Shown piece by piece: positions 40,715 to 44,809 of a DNA stretch of 44,809 nucleotides (positions within the stretch are counted from its first letter, which is position 1; each line of letters opens with the position of its first letter). Origin of the DNA: a virus (taxonomy: Duplodnaviria > Caudoviricetes); IMG/VR virus record IMGVR_UViG_3300037755_001323, positions 1 through 44,809 of that record. One strand, 5' to 3'. The position numbers were made by a program, and so were the translations under genes. The notes beneath the pieces were generated by a model that saw only the letters and a program-made list of their open reading frames with translations, did no database searches and was not told the origin of the DNA.

Positions 40715-42034
40715 TCATCCCACGCCGACTTTGTTTCCAACCGAAAAGCCAACCATTTTTATATCCGCTGACGGATGGCCGTCGGTTTGCTCCGTGACCG
40801 GCCACAGCGAGCCAGCGGTCGCGTCGTGCGCGTGATCCATCAGATGGCGCTGCAAATCGGCCGGGCTCGTGCCTGGTCCGACGCGAGCCGCGAACGCGCG
40901 CGCCAGTTCGAGCGAGCCCGGGAAAAAACGCAGAAACATCCGCTCGGCCTGGTCGGCGTCGGCGTGATCGATCAACACCTGATCGTCGCAGCGTCCGGGC
41001 CGCACGAGCGCCGGGTCCAGCAAATCGGGATGATTGCTGGTCATAAACAGAATTCCACCGTCGCCGGATGCAACCCCGTCGATCGCGTTCAATAGGCCGC
41101 TGAACGTCACCTTGTTATTGTGCGTTTTGTCGTCTGTCGCGTCGCGCCCCGTAAAGGCCCGATCGACATCCTCGATCAGCAAAATACAATCGGTCGGCAC
41201 GGTAGCCATCAAGCGGCACAGGTTGCCATCCGTCAAAGAGGGGTCGGCCAGGTTGAGCACGGCTAAATCTAGTTTCAGGCGCGACGCCAGCGCTACCACG
41301 GCGCTCGTCTTGCCGGTTCCGGGAGGGCCGTGAAAGAGACATCGGTAGCGCCAAGGGATCCCGCGTTCGACGTAATATGATTCGCCAGCTTGAAACGCTC
41401 TCACGCGAGACAGCATCGTTTCCATGAGGTTTCTGCGCAGGACAACGGATTCCATCGGTCTCGGGCGGCACTTGGCATGCGGCATCCAGCGAACTTCCCA
41501 GGGCACGATGCTGTAAATACAGATGTGCGGGTCTGATTTCGGCAGCACAACGTCGCGGGCTTCCTCCAGCAGGCGGAGGATAGTGGACCTGTCTTGCGTC
41601 AGCACGCGAACACGAAAGGTCTCTCTTTGTGGTTCGCCTCCAGAAGACAAATCGAGGACGGGCGCCTTATCCAGTCGCTCTCGGTTGACGATTAGCAGAT
41701 GCCGCCTCCAGACGAGCACGTGCACGCCAGGGGCCGGTGAAAGGATGATTGTGGGGGGCTCGTCTTCCTTTTTCCCCCGGCGTATGGTGCGCGCGCTTAA
41801 GGATCGCGCGCGCCCGGCGCCATAGGGATGTCGAGACAGCCATTCATCAAACCACCAAAATGCCGGGTCGCGCATCTGGATTTCCACTTCGATAAAGATT
41901 CTCCGCGCGAGCCAATCGCCCGCCTTGCGCGGTACTTTGCGGAGTAGCGCTAGAATCGCACCGACCACCATCAGGAACGCCCCGCCGCTGAGGAAGTTGT
42001 TGGTCGCCAGTTGTTCCCTCAGAAACTCGATCAT
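40715..42034 (-). CDS. BCS1-like AAA+ ATPase (N-terminal TM, BCS1_N-like domain, AAA)
   Basis: NNFLSGG..L TM segment, PAPGVH, GIPWR..LFHGPPGTGKTS, LLIEDVD, VTFSGLLNAIDGV, MTSNH..LDPALVRPGRCD. Confidence 0.88.
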   Translation of the reverse strand: MIEFLREQLATNNFLSGGAFLMVVGAILALLRKVPRKAGDWLARRIFIEVEIQMRDPAFWWFDEWLSRHPYGAGRARSLSARTIRRGKKEDEPPTIILSPAPGVHVLVWRRHLLIVNRERLDKAPVLDLSSGGEPQRETFRVRVLTQDRSTILRLLEEARDVVLPKSDPHICIYSIVPWEVRWMPHAKCRPRPMESVVLRRNLMETMLSRVRAFQAGESYYVERGIPWRYRCLFHGPPGTGKTSAVVALASRLKLDLAVLNLADPSLTDGNLCRLMATVPTDCILLIEDVDRAFTGRDATDDKTHNNKVTFSGLLNAIDGVASGDGGILFMTSNHPDLLDPALVRPGRCDDQVLIDHADADQAERMFLRFFPGSLELARAFAARVGPGTSPADLQRHLMDHAHDATAGSLWPVTEQTDGHPSADIKMVGFSVGNKVGVG

Positions 42035-42046
42035 GCTGGTATCTCC

Positions 42047-42811
42047 TTAACCGTTCCCGCCCAGGTGGTCGGCCGCGGCGAGCAGCTCGCGCAGGTTGAC
42101 GCCGCTGGGCGTTTCGCCCACGTCATCGCTCCACGATTCGCCCACCGTCACATAGCACTCGTCCAGATAAGCCCGGGCGAAGGCCAGCGAGATCGCGATC
42201 GGCTGCCCCCAGCTGGCGCCGTACAGCAGGCCGTCGATCGAGCTGTAGCCGCCGATGTACACGGCGTGGCCTCCGCCGCTGCCCGCCGCCCAGTCGTCGA
42301 CCAGCTGCTCGGCGGCGGCCGGCGCGTACCAGTTTTGGTCCATGTCCCAGATCGCCTCGGGCAGGGCGAAGCCGGCGTACACGCCGCCGAACTGGTAGAT
42401 GGCTTGCAGCAGCCGGCCCGTGTGCTGGTAATCGACCGCGGCAAAGGCGCCGATCCGCACGCCGCCGATCCCCTGGCTGCGAAACGTTTTCAGCGCCTCG
42501 AGCAGCACCAGCCCCTCGTCGGCCGGCGATTGTTCCAGGTAGGCGTCCACCACGGCGGCCTTGAAGATTTCCAGCTTCCGCGCCGGTCCGTCGGCGTTGG
42601 CCGTCTGGCACAGCACCAGGTGCGCGTAGCTGGCCACGGCGCAGGTGCCCAGCCGATCGTTGTCGTACAGCGGCCAGTGTTTCACCCGGCGATGCCAGTC
42701 GGCCGTCATGGGCGGCCGCAGCCGGCCCGCGAAGTCGTGCGCCGCCAGTGTACGGCTGTCGCGCAGCGCGTGTTTTTTCCCAAGCTTGAATCGCCGCGGC
42801 GCAGCCGTCAT
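42047..42811 (-). CDS. Papain-like (C1-type) cysteine peptidase
   Basis: NDRLGTCAVAS (Cys), GGHAVYIGGY (His), SWG. Confidence 0.75.
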   Translation of the reverse strand: MTAAPRRFKLGKKHALRDSRTLAAHDFAGRLRPPMTADWHRRVKHWPLYDNDRLGTCAVASYAHLVLCQTANADGPARKLEIFKAAVVDAYLEQSPADEGLVLLEALKTFRSQGIGGVRIGAFAAVDYQHTGRLLQAIYQFGGVYAGFALPEAIWDMDQNWYAPAAAEQLVDDWAAGSGGGHAVYIGGYSSIDGLLYGASWGQPIAISLAFARAYLDECYVTVGESWSDDVGETPSGVNLRELLAAADHLGGNG

Positions 42812-43368
42812 CGGTTCCTCCACTCCAGCTCGCAGCCCAGCGCCAGCCGCAACGCGTCCGGCGCGTCGGCGTCGTCCGACAGGTGCAGGTGCGAGAAGTC
42901 GCACACCAGCGGCAGCTGTGCATCCTGCGGGATGCCGGCCTCGGCCAGGATCGCGCGGAACGGGTCGAGGTCCAGCGCGTAGACGACCAGCAGCTTGTGG
43001 CTGTCGAGCGCCACTTCGGCCGCGTCGTTCCAGGCGTGCAGCGAGACAAACCCGTCCCGGGCGAGCGCCGCTTCGTGCTCCCAGAGGATGGAGCGTAACA
43101 CCGGCATGTCGATGCAATCGCGCCAGAACTCGCCGGCCACGCTGCCCACCAGCACCGCCGGAGCGTCCCCCAAAGGTTCGACCAGCGCCGAGAGCAGCTC
43201 CACGATCCGCGTCTGCTCGACCGCGGCGATCAACATGTCGAGCGGCGGGAAGCAGCCGGGATACTCCCGGTAGCCGATCCGCTCGACGAACGGCTCCAGC
43301 GCCCGCACCGCCTCGGTCCGCGGCGCCGCGCAGCTCGAGACCGTTTTGCCCGCCACATGTTTGCTCAT
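42808..43368 (-). CDS. Hypothetical protein
   Basis: ATGA-coupled at both ends. Confidence 0.6.
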   Translation of the reverse strand: MSKHVAGKTVSSCAAPRTEAVRALEPFVERIGYREYPGCFPPLDMLIAAVEQTRIVELLSALVEPLGDAPAVLVGSVAGEFWRDCIDMPVLRSILWEHEAALARDGFVSLHAWNDAAEVALDSHKLLVVYALDLDPFRAILAEAGIPQDAQLPLVCDFSHLHLSDDADAPDALRLALGCELEWRNR

Positions 43369-44711
43369 GTCTTGCGTCCCTTCCGCCCAGTTTTGCCCCG
43401 TTTGGCCCCCGTACCCGTGGTTCCCGCGCCTAAACCGGCCGCTTTCCGTTTGCGACTCTTTTTCCCAGCGCTGCCGGTGGCCGCCACTTGCCGCTCCGCT
43501 TTCCGCCCCGTGAACCTCTCCCACCGCGCAACCGCCACGTCGACATACCGCGGCTCGAGTTCGATTGCATAGCACCGCCGCCCCAGTTGCTCGGCCGCGA
43601 TGATCTGCGAGCCCGAGCCACAGAAAGGCTCGTAGCACACCTCGCCCGCGCGGGTGTGCTTGACGATGGGGATGGCGAACAGTTCCACCGGCTTGGGCGT
43701 CGCGTGGTTGAGCTCTTTGCGCTCCGCAGGTTTGACTCCGTCGATTTCCCACACCGTCGTTTGCGTACGTTCGCCGTTGCCGAGTCCGTAGTCGGGCGGC
43801 TGCTGCCCTGCGACCCAGCCCATGAAGCAGGGCTCGTGCTTCCAGTGGTACTGGCCGCGCCCGAGAAGCATGTTGTTTTTCACCCAAATAATTTGGCGGT
43901 GTAGCACGACATTTGCGGCGGCGGCGGCGGCGAAGAATCCCTGGGTGAGGTGCGCGTGCCACAGATACCACGCGGCGCGCGGCGCGAGCGCTAGCGCGAC
44001 TGCCGCGCGAAAACACGTCTCCAGAAAAGCTTGTAGCTCCGCGTCGACCAACTGGTCATTCGCCACCCGTGGCTTCGCCACCCCGGGGTTGGGTCGGTCG
44101 TCGTTCGCGTACGCCACACCGTACGGCGGGTCGGTGTTCATCAACACCGCCCGCTCGCCGTTCATCAACCGCGCGACGTCGACCGCAATCGTCGAGTCGC
44201 CGCACAAGAGGCGGTGCTCGCCCAGCAGCCACAAATCGCCCGGCTTGGTGATCGCCTTTTTCGGCGGCTCGGGCACGTCGTCCGGACCGGTCAGTCCGGC
44301 GGTCGGTTCCGGCTCGGATGCCATCGCGGCCAACATCGCCATGAGCGCTTCGCTTTCCGTCTCGACTTGGGTCAGCAGCTCGTCGAGCTTCGTCTGATCC
44401 GTCTCGGCCATCCCGGCCAGCGGATCGAGCGTGGCCAGCAGCTTGGCCGCCTCCCGCTCGTCGACGTCGAGCACCAGGCAGGGCCACAGGGTGTCGGGCG
44501 CCGCGTCGGCTCGCAGGTGCCCGTCGACCAGCTCCAGCGACCCGTCGGCCAGTTCCCGCACCAGCAGCGCATCGGCGATCCCCACCTCGGCCAGCACGCC
44601 CCGCAGCGCGTCGGCCTGCCCCTGCGGATGCCGCCGCCAGTTTCTGGGGTTCGGCCGAATCTCACTCGCCTTCACCCGCCGCAGTTCCCGAATCCGATCT
44701 CGTATCTTCAT
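43365..44711 (-). CDS. ParB-like N-domain fused to an N6/N4 DNA methyltransferase
   Basis: [16 protein letters not shown]; [38 protein letters not shown]. Confidence 0.93.
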   Translation of the reverse strand: MKIRDRIRELRRVKASEIRPNPRNWRRHPQGQADALRGVLAEVGIADALLVRELADGSLELVDGHLRADAAPDTLWPCLVLDVDEREAAKLLATLDPLAGMAETDQTKLDELLTQVETESEALMAMLAAMASEPEPTAGLTGPDDVPEPPKKAITKPGDLWLLGEHRLLCGDSTIAVDVARLMNGERAVLMNTDPPYGVAYANDDRPNPGVAKPRVANDQLVDAELQAFLETCFRAAVALALAPRAAWYLWHAHLTQGFFAAAAAANVVLHRQIIWVKNNMLLGRGQYHWKHEPCFMGWVAGQQPPDYGLGNGERTQTTVWEIDGVKPAERKELNHATPKPVELFAIPIVKHTRAGEVCYEPFCGSGSQIIAAEQLGRRCYAIELEPRYVDVAVARWERFTGRKAERQVAATGSAGKKSRKRKAAGLGAGTTGTGAKRGKTGRKGRKT

Positions 44712-44797
44712 CGCCGCCTCTCCCCAGAATTCCGCCGTTCCCGCTCCCCACCTTCCAACCCCTCCCGAACGAACGAACTTTCCCCCACAGAAACTTG

Positions 44798-44809
44798 GGC
44801 CCTATGGTT
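44798..44809. repeat. Terminal direct repeat (right copy)
   Basis: Identical to 1-12. Confidence 0.8.

Overview
The window looks like a complete, GC-rich temperate tailed phage genome of about 44.8 kb. It has a lambda-like packaging and head module and a non-contractile tail. Its first and last 12 nt are identical (GGCCCTATGGTT), which probably represents the cohesive end. The host is inferred, not shown, to be a Planctomycete-like bacterium. Almost all genes are on the minus strand. From the right end the order is: ParB-DNA methylase, papain-like peptidase, BCS1-like AAA ATPase, terminase large subunit, portal, fused protease/major capsid, head-tail and tail genes (with a -1 frameshift in the tail chaperone). 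A short plus-strand accessory/immunity island follows (19.1-21.5 kb), then an att/regulatory region (18.0-19.1 kb), a tyrosine integrase, early/replication genes with an iteron-containing origin, a C5 methyltransferase, and a terminal envelope/protease module with no recognisable endolysin. The most notable non-standard signals are: (1) a three-part antisense-RNA network upstream of the integrase; (2) two different tRNA 3' fragments (Cys, Arg) in tandem as candidate dual attP cores; (3) two 106-bp structured repeats with compensatory changes flanking a low-GC gene next to the integrase; (4) two CsrA homologues together with about 12 GGA-rich repeats placed on the sense strand at gene junctions; (5) 15 GTSAC sites clustered in and beside the C5 methylase gene. 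All product calls come from motif recognition by eye; no database search was run.
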